From: Phoronis australis
Lineage: Eukaryota; Animalia; Phoronida
Length of the DNA: 64,000 nucleotides
Direction: 5' to 3'
NCBI GenBank assembly: GCA_002633005.1
Contig: NMRA01000612.1
Span: 66,733 to 130,732, forward strand
The translations under genes were made by a program, and so were the position numbers. Shown in pieces: positions 12,501-24,500 of the stretch (position 1 is its first letter; each line of letters opens with the position of its first letter). The notes below the pieces were generated by a model. That model was not told the origin of the DNA, did not search any database, and saw nothing but the letters and a program-made list of their open reading frames with translations.

Positions 12501-15500
12501 GCGTAAAAATCTTTTTACTGGTCCCAGTTGCCGCTGGAGAGCATTGATTTTTAAAAAGCTTACTTTTTATATATTAACAATTTATAGCACATTAAAGCAT
12601 AAATAGATATGAAAACATAAATAAATCACAAGTGAAATTTAAAAACTGAAGTGATGGCAAGTGACACATGACAAAAATATCTGAAACATGACAGGAGATA
12701 TATGATGTTCAAACGATTTTCAACTGGGCTTTTCAGGGCTTGGAGAAAATAAATGTAATTGTTGGATCTTTAGGGAAAAGGTGACAGTTTGCTTGGTCTT
12801 TGTGCTTCCTATTTTGGTGTAAATGCTGTTTTGTAACAAGAAGTTGTAGTTGTGCCACGGATTGTAACAGAAACGAATGGTGTCACACGAACAATAGTGG
12901 TTGTATTTATCATGCTATGAACAGTCCCACTAAATAAGATTGATCCTAACCCCGGTCGTCAAGGTAAACGGTGGGGTATGGAAAATTGAACTAGACCGTA
13001 TTTATCCACCTTGGCTGAGTCGCGCTCGGCTCGCGATCAAAGGGATGCCGCCAAGCTGCTCTCTTCATCGAGTCACGAGCAAGGATAATTGGCTTTGCTC
13101 ATGCGGATATGATCAGCTGATTACAATCTACCTAGCAGACTGTACTTTTTATGGAGAGAGTTACAAGTAGTTTTTACTGTAATATTTGAAAAGAGGAGCG
13201 AAAACAAATATGAGTACAACTTTGAATTTTTCAAATCGGCCCAGGATAAGAGATTTTGCAACACAGCAACACTCACGATTACTTTCATTCGGCGCGCACT
13301 AATACAAAAATATAGGACCCAAGTTATTTAGATTTTGGAACACATGCATTGCAATATTCAAAATACGTTTATTATGAATCTTACAAGCTGTAAAACGACG
13401 TTGTTAATTTCATTGTGTTCATTCATTGTCATCCGTCAAATCGGCAATTTCCGAGATGTGATCTGCGGCGTGCGCGTATGTGTACAAAACACGTGATTGT
13501 TATGTTCCTGAAGTACGAAAATTAAGAAACTTTAGCATGCCGTTATTATTGACAGGGACACGATAAAACGAATTTGGATTTTGACTATAGTCTTGATACA
13601 GCGAGCTGGCTGACCACTGCGTCAGTGTCTCCGTTAGACCCAGAAATTTCACACAGCCCGGGTAGTTCACTTCGTCCCCAACATGTAGATCGAGCCTTGG
13701 ACTATTAATACTCCACGGTAGAGCTAACGACCGTCGGCCTGTGCACACAAAATCTGTGAGTAAACCAGCACTCACCTTGCACGTTGCAGCCGTTTAAATG
13801 AAAAAACAATCTAGTAAACGCCATTTTCCTGCATAATCCTCCGCCTTTTGTAACAAAAAAGTCTATCGTCGATGACCCACACACGCACGCTCCGGCACTC
13901 ACTCTCATACGCATACGAACTTCAAAACAAACGTCACGTGACAACAACATGTGTGTTCATCCAGAGATTTTTCTCGTGTTCTGGGGTACGATGTAGCGCA
14001 GATTTGCACTTAATCGCAATTAATCTGGACTCCACATGAACTTTAAAAATTGTAGAACATAAGGAAGATTTCAGGTAATTTGTTGAGTCGAAACTATATT
14101 TTTATTCAAGAGTTCAAGTTTTCCTGTTGACGATGGCGATTCAGCGATGCATTAGTCGGCAAGTTTTCGCCCTGTGATGAGCACAATTTTTTGAAAAATT
14201 ATCGTAATTTAACAACGGAAGTTCATAGCAATGCACCACAATTTTGTAGAAAGACTGTCATAGGCTAAAAATACGTCACAGAGCGTAAATTTTATGAATC
14301 CTAGCTTCCGATTTTACCCGTTTGGGAAACCGGCTTTCAATTGCCGTAGGCTACAATAAGAATCCCCTCCCCGTGAAACGGAATTTTTCTAAGCATTTGT
14401 TAGAGCCAATACAGTGTACAGCTTTCCACCAAGGCTAGGTGATGCTAGGACATTATTCTTTGTTGCATTAGTAACTGGTCTTGGCTAATTATCATTTTAT
14501 GGCCTGGTCATCCATTCAGGCAAAAGTAGTTCTAGAGGTGGCTTATCAGCCAATTATTCACGCATGCTGACTCACAATAGAAGCCTGATAAGAGTGAAGG
14601 TGGATAAATGCAGTGTTCCTACAGTTTCTTGTAGTGGATGTGTTCACGACATGTTCAGTAACGCATGCTCTTCCAGCCCATGGGTATCTTGTCCATCCTT
14701 GAAGAAGAGTGTATTGTGCCCAAGGCCACAGATCAGACCTTCAAAGAGAAGCTCTACTCTAACCACCTTGGGAAATCGCCTAACTTTGGCAAACCGAAGC
14801 CGCAAAAGGGTGGAGTTGAAGCTCATTTTGGTCTCAAGCACTACGCTGGAACTGTATGTATCATGATATTTATTATTTTATTTAATTATTTATTATTTTT
14901 TAATGTGAAAAATACACCCGGTCAGCCTTCCTTCAGTTATTACCCACGTGTGTTCCTGGACTTTTTCACTGTTCTTAATATATGTGCCATGTTACATTTA
15001 CCGATAACTTGTTTCTCAAACATTGTAAGATATCTTTACTTGAACATCATATGATTGTATAGTATTTCACTAATCTGTGTTCTGGTTTATTCTTTTAGGT
15101 AACCTCTTCACCTTGCCCCAAGTTCTGATTCCCTGTGCAGTCTAGCCCAATTTAGTAAACATGCTATTTAAAATGAGTTTCATATCTAGAACCCACTACA
15201 ACTTTTATCGAAGCATTCAAATTTCACACTATTTTTACAGAAACGTTTCAAAAACTCAATGAAAATTCAATGTCTGGCATATTTGCTTATTGATACATTT
15301 AAGCTAGGACCAATATCACTCCCAGATTTAAGCAATTGTGATAGGCTGTTGTTGTTTGTGTGTGTTTTTAGTTTCATTCTGGTTTTAACTATATCCATGA
15401 TCCCAGGTACAATACAATATCTCTGGTTGGCTAGAAAAGAACAAGGACCCTATTAACGACTCTGTTGTCCGGTGTCTCTCAGCCAGTAAAGAGGCATTAG

Positions 15501-18500
15501 TGCAACTCCTTTTTACAAACCCTGGTAATTATACAGACTGCAGTAGTAGATAGGCTAACCCCTTTCCTACTAGGCTAACCCCCTTTCCATGCAAACCTCT
15601 CGTAGAATGTGCACATGCTGCTCATGTCGGCTCTCATGCTTTTAAACTTGCAAAATGGTTGACATTTTATTGAACTATAATGTTGGTTCATCATCTTCAC
15701 AAACTCCTGTTTTGTCTATTAATATACTGTGTGGAGCTTTTTGTTATGCAAGTTAACGTTTCTCAGTTCGCAACTACTTTATGGACAAAATGGAGATCAT
15801 TAATCGTTTCTGGAGCTCTACTAGTCACAAACACTCTGAAGTTCGGGATTTTAGTTGTCCTCATCGCTGTATGGAGTTTCCAAAACTGAAAACATGAGCA
15901 GCTAGCTGCAGTTGTAGTTTACCAGTCAGTAAAGCAATCTACGGCCAGCTGGTGTTAATGGTAGGTGTGTCCTCCTCACTGTGTCCTCTTTACTTTCACT
16001 CAAGTCTTATAATGTCATATTCTTACAGATGTTGCTCCACTTGTTTATGGCATAAATGATTAATTCCAGGTACCGTACAGTCTCCATGGATGGCTTGAAA
16101 AAAACAAAGATCCCATTAACGAATGTGTCGTGGGTGTTTTGAAGGAGTCCAAGGATCCTTGTGTGGCTTACTTTTTTGGGGCTTCAGGTATAGATCCCTC
16201 TCTCTAGGAGATCCTCCCGTGAGATTTAGATCAGACCCTGGGTGTTTTCATCTTTTACAGAGTTCCCAGTGAAACGGTGTGGTGTTTCAATACCCCTCTG
16301 TAGAACAGACATCCGCATATTAACATCATCTCACTTTCAGCGAGTTGTGGTGTGTGTTTTGATTAATTGTTTCCTGGTGAATGTGTCCTGAAGAGATTCA
16401 GGTAGTAAATCATGACTTGGTGAGTCAGCAGTACTACATCGTACAAACTCTGTACTAGGTAAGCTACAGTGTAGATGGCTGGTTGGAAAAGAACAAAGAC
16501 CCAATCAATGATTGTGTTGTCCAAGTTCTGAAGGAGTCAAAAGATGCTTTGGTTTCAATGTTCTTCGGCACGAAAGGTATACAGTGTGATGCATTCATTC
16601 CCTTCCCCACTGGTGTATCTGTGAGTGTCCAACATCTCCATTGTTGCATTGCAGGGACTTGATCATCCCATCTGCTTTTTCACATTCAAGGTTCTCTTGA
16701 TACTAAACACCCAAATTCAAGTGTTGAGAGTTGACCTATGGTGGTGTGTCCCCTTTTTTGTCCTGTCTTGCTCGCCCCAGTGTACTCCTTGTCCTTGTTC
16801 TCCTCAGGTGAATTACACCATAACAGGGTGGCTAGAGAAGAACAAAGATCCCATTAATGACTGTGTTGTGTTACTACTGAGAGAGTCCAAAGAGCAGCTA
16901 GTCGCAAGCTTATTTGGAGCCCATGGTACGGACACAATACGACGGTGTCAACACAGTTGCGGAACTCTTGCTTTGTATTATAGCATCACATACACATTCG
17001 TGTTGAGTAGCTGTTCTAAAGAATTCAATCGACTGGTCTTTGGTTATCAGGAAGGAATGACTTTGGAAGCAGCACTGTTGTTTGGCATGACATCACCTCT
17101 TTTTCAGCCCACCAGATGAAATATGTGTTCACCACATGTGTGATCTGTACTTGTGTGTTATTGTGTCTTCCACGTTTTGTGACCACACCACTGTCACTTC
17201 TGTGTCTGCGTGTGTGTTTTACATTACGATGCATGTTTACCTTTACCTGTTGTTATCCCTAGGTCCAATATTTTGTCACAGGATGGCTTGATAAGAACAA
17301 AGACCCAATCAATGACATTGTAGTGACAATTTTAGCGGAATCAAAGGATGCATTGGTTCAAAAACTGTTCCAACGACCAGGTCTTGTACATTTTCAATTT
17401 CAATGCTACCACTGCTGGATGGCTTGATGAACGTGATTGGCTCAGTATTAATCAAGTGCTTTTCTATGTTGAACAGAAACAAATCTTGATACTTATAGAA
17501 TGTTGGTGGCTGTTTTTGCTGCTACGAATGCCCAGGCAATATCTTTTGATTGGTCAAACAATCTTAACATGTAGAGATTGTAAACCATTGCGTTTGTTCC
17601 AATGTCATCACTGTGCATGCTGCCGCCATTAATTTTCTGTCTACTTGTTTGTTGTTCTTCTACAAGAATTTGGAGTTCAGCCGAGCTTTGCTTCATACAA
17701 TTCGTACAATATCCACATGTCTACTGAAGTTCAAACTGTGTATTGTGTGTGGTTGCATGTTTGTCCACAGAGTCTCTTTGTTCTGAGATTCTGATGCTTT
17801 GCAAGTAAGTAATGCCTACAGTATGGCAAGCTGTGTATATGACATGTTCTGGGTTGGAGCTAAGGCACTCTGGCAGCTGTCTGCCTTGTATGAGCTACTG
17901 TACACCTGACAGGTAACTAGTAGTAATAGTTCACTAGACTAGACACTGCTTGCACCATAGTATTATCTGCTATTCATGGATTGCTGTTTTGTATGAATCA
18001 TTGTGCAATAGCTCATTATTTAAATCTTACTACACATTGCTCTTACTGCTGTTACTCAATTAAAGGTTGTGCTTGGTCATGCGTGCTTTTGAAATTATGA
18101 ACGTTGTTTTTAAATGTTTATTTCAAAAATAGAATGTGCTATAATTGGGGTTCAGCCCTGACAGGGATAGAAATATTGTCATGGAATGATGTCACTTAGC
18201 AACGAACAATTGAACTTACTGATAACCAGTTGCAAACTCATTTGATCAACATTAAACATTAAATTAAGCATTTTTCCTTACTTAAGCTATGTTAGATGGT
18301 TCTTGGTACCAGACTTTATTTCATCTCCTACTTTTGTAACACTTGGAGAAGAAATGTAATTTGACTCTTATGTTGATTAATTCCGATGCAGCATTAAGTA
18401 GGTTGAGCCAAAGTCGCACACTTAAAGTAAGCCAGTTATTGGTAGTGAATCTTAAAGCTGAAGTAATCAGTAAACTTCATTTGGTCCACATATTTTCGAA

Positions 18501-21500
18501 TGCTAACTAACCATGGTAAAGAACTGGGCAAAAAAGGTTGCCATCCTAAAACGTGAACAAAAACAATGGTTTTCAAAAGATAGCTCTGGCTGCGTGGAAC
18601 TTTAATGAAAATTATGTGGTTGTTAAATAGGTTGGGTAAATGGTTGGAAAGTGTGTAAAATGTGTCTTAAATTGACCAAGTATCCCAAACTAGTCTTTTG
18701 TAATGGAGAATATGTATCATATTGTTGACTGGCCATTGCAGATGATGATGCTGCCCAGTCTACTGGTAAGAAGAAGAAGAAGTCTGGTGCTTTCCAGACT
18801 ATCTCAGCCGTCCACAGGGTAAGTTGTATAGTGCATAACAGTCAAGTCTTGTGGTCACTTTCGATTCACATTAAGTCATCTCAAGCACAACATATTGTAT
18901 TATTGTGTTATGTTCATTGTATTTGTACACGAGTCATTTCTCAAGAATATGCAAGTTCTTAACTATATGTGCTGTATCTGTAGTCCACTGTTGCTGGTTT
19001 CACTGAAAGATTTACAACCTATTTCAGTTTTAAATCTAATTGTCGCCAGTGACAACTGTTTAGTTACAATTTTTCCAGAGATTTAATCAAGTTTAAAGAA
19101 ACTTTTTTAAGTTCAGAAATGAAGCATTGACGTAATTTTCAGTTATGACACAAGTTCAAAAGGTCGTAAAGCTACTCCGTTTTAGTGAGCCTGCTATTAT
19201 TACCAAAATCTTGTCAATTCATAAGTTAGAGCACATCTACCAATAATTATGCAAGAACTAATGGACGTCATTGACAACCGTCTTGTCATTCCACTTTACA
19301 ATGTTTTGTAAATTAGCTTGTAGAAAATTAAAGTAGGAAGAAACGTTGATGGTAATCCTAAGTAACCACTGGCTAATATTATCCATTGCAATCTTACCTA
19401 TCCAGGAATCCTTGAAGAAATTGATGCTTAATTTAAATGCAACACAACCACATTTTGTTCGCTGCATCATTCCAAATGAAAACAAACAACCAGGTTTGTA
19501 AAGTATCATGGGGCTGCAGTACTTTAATCCAAAATTTTAAGATTCGTCTGATGCCATTACTTTTTGCTGGTGTCAGCATATTTGGTTTTTAAATCATGAA
19601 CGCTGTGGCATGAATGGTGACAAATCAAATTGAGAATCTTGAAGTTCTGGAAACTGTCTTGGTGCAGCCAGGGTGCTTAAATTGGCGGAGTAACATCTTT
19701 AGGTTTTGGTTTGACAACCGCTAGAGTTCCACACTCATAACCAACTCTGCACACTTTGTTCATTTCTACTGTTTCTTATGATTTCTTTACTGTTAACAGT
19801 GTCTGACTAACTCTTCTCTTTTCGCCTCTGGCCAACAGGAGTCACTGAGCAAACTGATGCACAATCTTTACACCACGTGCCCTCATTTCATTCGTTGCAT
19901 TATTCCCAATGAGAACAAGAGAGCAGGTAAATGTGTTACACCCCCAATGGTCATGGTATTACCCGTCCGAGCGTGATACAACACCCCCATTACCATCCTC
20001 TGAAGAATGTGCCGCCAACCGTTGTTGTCCCCTTACCCATCTGCTGTTGCCTTGGTTGAGCACAGCTCTGTGTGTTTCACAGTGGAAGTAATAACGACTT
20101 TATTGACATCATTGTTATGACTCCAGGTGTGCAATACTTATTGAACCAGTTGTTTTGGCGACCACTGATTTGCTTGGTGTATGAATCCATTCAACAAAAG
20201 TGTGTTGTTTTGCCAGAAGAACCACCACTAAAACATGCTCAGGGAATGCCTGGTATTATCAAGTTGGATACAAACTGAAAAGGCTTGATCACTGTCTCCT
20301 CTGACTCTTCTCTGTGTATGACAACTCGCATGTTTTATGGCTCTCTATCTGGTAATGACACTACTTTGATATGTATCATAACTGTACTATGCAACCAGTA
20401 CAAGAGCTCTACTATGCTGAGTGCATGGTTTCTATATTTGCCTATTCAGGTGATCCGCATGGTTATCTCATTGTGTGCCTATTCCCAGGCCCTCTTTCAA
20501 TTGTGTGTTTGCAGGAATCCCTCCATAAACTGATGATAACCTTACAAAGCACCATGCCTCACTTTGTCCGTTGCATTATCCCCAATGAACACAAACAACC
20601 AGGTAACCACGAGTGAACACACCACTGCATGGTGATAGCTGGTGAAGCACCAGTATGCTGCTACTAAGTCTGTTGGTGCCTTGTTTGTGCCTCCACAAAT
20701 CAATAGCTGCTGGTGTCCAGAATTACCTGCCCGCATTCAACTGCACAAGGGAGAGGTTGCTCCAGAAAGGCAGAGTGATAGCTGTGTTCACAGTGTAGGA
20801 ATGGGTGGTCATCTCATGGCCCCTCACAAACCTGTCGCCGGGCTCTGTCTATTGATGACTGGTGGTAGATAATGGATTTGTGGCTTACATGACATTCCAT
20901 ACCATGAAGACCAGTCACCATTGTTTCCTGGATATGGTCACTACAACTGACCAATACAAATGACCACGAGCTTCAACTATTCCCATCAAGTGATCACCTT
21001 TTCTACTAATTTCACTGACTGTGTGTTTCCTTTTTCATGCATGGTGTGTGTGTGTCTTCTAGGAGAGTCTCTGGAAGCTGATGACCACATTGAGGGCGAC
21101 ATGTCCCCACTTTGTCAGGTGCATCATTCCCAATGAGAACAAAGCTCCAGGTGATGGTTTAACTAGTCTGCTGTATTCGCTGGTCAAATTTAGAGAAATT
21201 GTGAAAAAATCTGTTGACAGTATATCTTCAATCCAATGACTAATTGGAGTATACCGTATAAAGTATAATTCGAGTTTTTAAAATAAAAATAAATAATGTG
21301 ACACCTTTTAGTTAATTTCCAGCAGTCTGCATGCCAAAAGTCTTGGAAAAGCACCAGAGATTGCATGGTGGCTTCACATGACTACAGTAACAGGGTGCAA
21401 CACTTGATTTCTAACACTAACTGTAGTCTGTTTAGTACCTTTTAACCATGTCACTTATAATAGACTAACCAAAGCTCTGCTATTCAATGTATCAGTTAAG

Positions 21501-24500
21501 TGATAAAATGCCCTTAGTTTACTGCTACACATACTGAGATTTGTTTATTTAGATAGTCTTCACAAAATTCCCATTGTACCATACATACATGTAGTTTCCC
21601 TCATATTTTAGTTTACCAAAATGCAGTTTTATTCATTTAATTGTGCATGCTAAATAGCCTACTGTAATAGCTAGATGAGTTAACTATGAAGAAGCAAAAT
21701 AAAAATCTGCAGTCGGCCATTTTAAATTATTTTTTATTGAGTTTTAATTCTTAGATGTTATTGTAGTTACTTGCGCTATTGAGGCTAATGTATTTATTCC
21801 TTTGTCTTTGTTTTTGCTTTATGTTGCTGCCTTCCCAGTCTCTTCTTAGGACTGCTGGTCAACATGTTGTAACTGTTCACCCCACTTGTAGGTGAGATTG
21901 ACGCGGCATTGGTACTCAACCAGTTGCAGTGCAATGGTGTACTTGAGGGTATCCGTATCTGCCGTAAGGGTTTCCCCAACAGGATGATCTATTCTGAGTT
22001 CAAGCAGAGGTGGGTGCTGTTTAACTACTATATTTTGTTATGCTCAGTTACTCACTGCGTTTCATAAGGCGGGTTTCTTGCAACATCACGTAAGTCTCCG
22101 TATGATTTTTGCATGTATTACAAGCGATGTACTAGCATTCATTCGCGAGTATATTGTATTGCAGAACGGATTCTGGTCAAAATGTTGAAATATTGTGAAT
22201 GATGAGGTATTGGTACAGTCATGAGCAAGTTTAAGGTTATCATCATTCGTCCATTTTGCACCATGAAAAATGAGGCTTCCCTTGTGACGTAGTTTTCAGC
22301 CTCTGTTGCTTTCTAGATACTCCATTTTGGTGTCCAATGTCATCCTGCTTGTCTGACTTAGTGTTTTATATCTGTGACAGTGAGGCTTATCCATGTGTTG
22401 TAATCATCTGTTATTTCCAGATACTCAATTCTGGCTCCCAATGCCATCCCATCTGGCTTCGTTGACGGCAAAGTGGCCTCTGAGAAGGTTCTTGCAGCCC
22501 TCCAGCTTGATGCCAATGAGTACCGCCTGGGTCACACCAAAGTGTTCTTCCGTGCTGGTGTTTTGGGTAACCTTGAAGATATGCGTGACGAGCGTCTGAG
22601 CAAGATCATTTCTCGCTTCCAAGCGTTCATCCGTGGCTACCTGATGCGCAAGGCCTATAAGAAACTGCAAGACCAGCGTGTGGGTCTCTCCGTCATCCAG
22701 CGCAATATTCGCAAGTGGCTCCTCCTCCGCAACTGGCAGTGGTGGAAACTGTACACAAAGGTAATTGCCATCAGAATTTTTTGTTTATGTAAAACTTATA
22801 TTCAGTTAGTTTTAACATGGGCTGGTTTAAATTAAACTTACTATAAACCCGCATTCCGTCAAAGAAACAAACTTTTGATTTAGGCCACTTACCACTGTGA
22901 AATTAATCTCAACTTGTTCCGTACTGAGATGAAAAGGGATATTTTTGGGGTTGCAAAGAACTGGTTGTTTGTTATTCCTTTAGACTTTGCTCAGGACATA
23001 AAATGACGCGCTGTGATAAGTAAAGTTGTTGAGCCTGGTCTCGAACAATAACAAACTTTTCGTTCTTCCAAATCCAGAAATCCCCTTCAATAAGAATTGA
23101 GTTGAGAACAATGTTATAAATGTACCAAGATATAAAGTGTTTTTGACAGAAGGTGGATTTATAGGTGCTTTAACTATCTCCACCTGACTAGTATTATTAC
23201 ATATTCTCCTATAGATGTCATGGGTGTGTGTTTATTTGCTTTCTTATCTTGAGGTGGTATGAATCTCATTCTTAACTTTGCATAGCTGAATACACAGCCA
23301 TACCTGAGTTGTGCATATCAGCTCACCTTATCAACATGTAAACATGGTTTTCGCCCTCAAATTGCCTCTTGATAAAACAACCTGATTTGGGTCATAGAGT
23401 GAAGGGGATTCCTGGTCTACTCTCCTGTGGAGCCATGTGTACATAGGACTTTGTTCCGACTGGATTCCTGGCTCTTTTACCGTTAACTTGAATGCTCCTG
23501 CCAGATGATAACAGGCCTATTAAGTAATTGAAACATGCTGACCTGTGACATTGGTGCACTGCTTTGAAACACATGTACAGGTTAATGCCGCCATCCGTTT
23601 GTTGACACTCTCTTTGCTGTGCATGGGAAGAACTGGATTTGTAATTCATTGGCACAATGGACGATATGACAGTGTTCATTTGAGTGTCCCAATCCAAGGA
23701 ATACAACACCACCATGGATAATGACTCTGAAGGCTCAGGCACTGATGTCTATGCTAATGGATTCGAACATGACTTAGAATTCAATGAACTGAAAATTGAG
23801 GAAGATTCGGATCATCTTGACCATCTTGCTATATCCTCAATTTGCAATGCACCTCTTAATGGCGACCATGACACTGTAAGGATCAGATTCTAGTTTTTAT
23901 AATGTACTAGTCTGGGAGCATAATTTTCACCTAATACTAACTTTGTGTAAATTCACTTCTGTGTTGGCTCTCGCTACTCTTGTCTTCTGGTTTTCCATTA
24001 CAAAATGTCGCTGCTGAATTTTTCAGGTCAAGCCTTTGTTGAACGTTGCCCGTGCTGAGGATGAGATGAGGAAGCAGGCTGAAGAATTGGAGGCAGCCAA
24101 GAAAGAAGTCGAGCGTCTCAACAAACTGTCTAAGGAATTGGAAGAGCAGAACACTGTCCTTCTCCAGGCTAAGAATGACATCTTCCTTGAGCTCCAGGTA
24201 TGTACTGTCACATGTCAGATTATTTGGAGTACGTTTTAGCATTGGCTTACACAATGCATTTTTAATTGTTACGGCAATGGGTGAAATGGTAATAAAACAT
24301 TGAAATTGGGTCTCACGTGATAAAACAAGTGTATTTAAGGTTAGTCCAGTGGTACTGGTCTATTGGTCTGTGTTTGATTTATGGCTGTTGTAAACTTCCC
24401 ATTCTGCTCAGCATAGTGATGATGAGTGATGTTGATTGCTTGGGTCATCGAGGGTAACATAGATATCTTGTTCTCAGTGGTCAGATAAACTATCACAGAA

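Noticed and set aside
16459-16464. AG|GTAAG at the C3 acceptor resembling a recursive splice site
   Set aside because: All cluster-C exons must begin with a Val (GTN) codon and the introns are short, so coding constraint explains it
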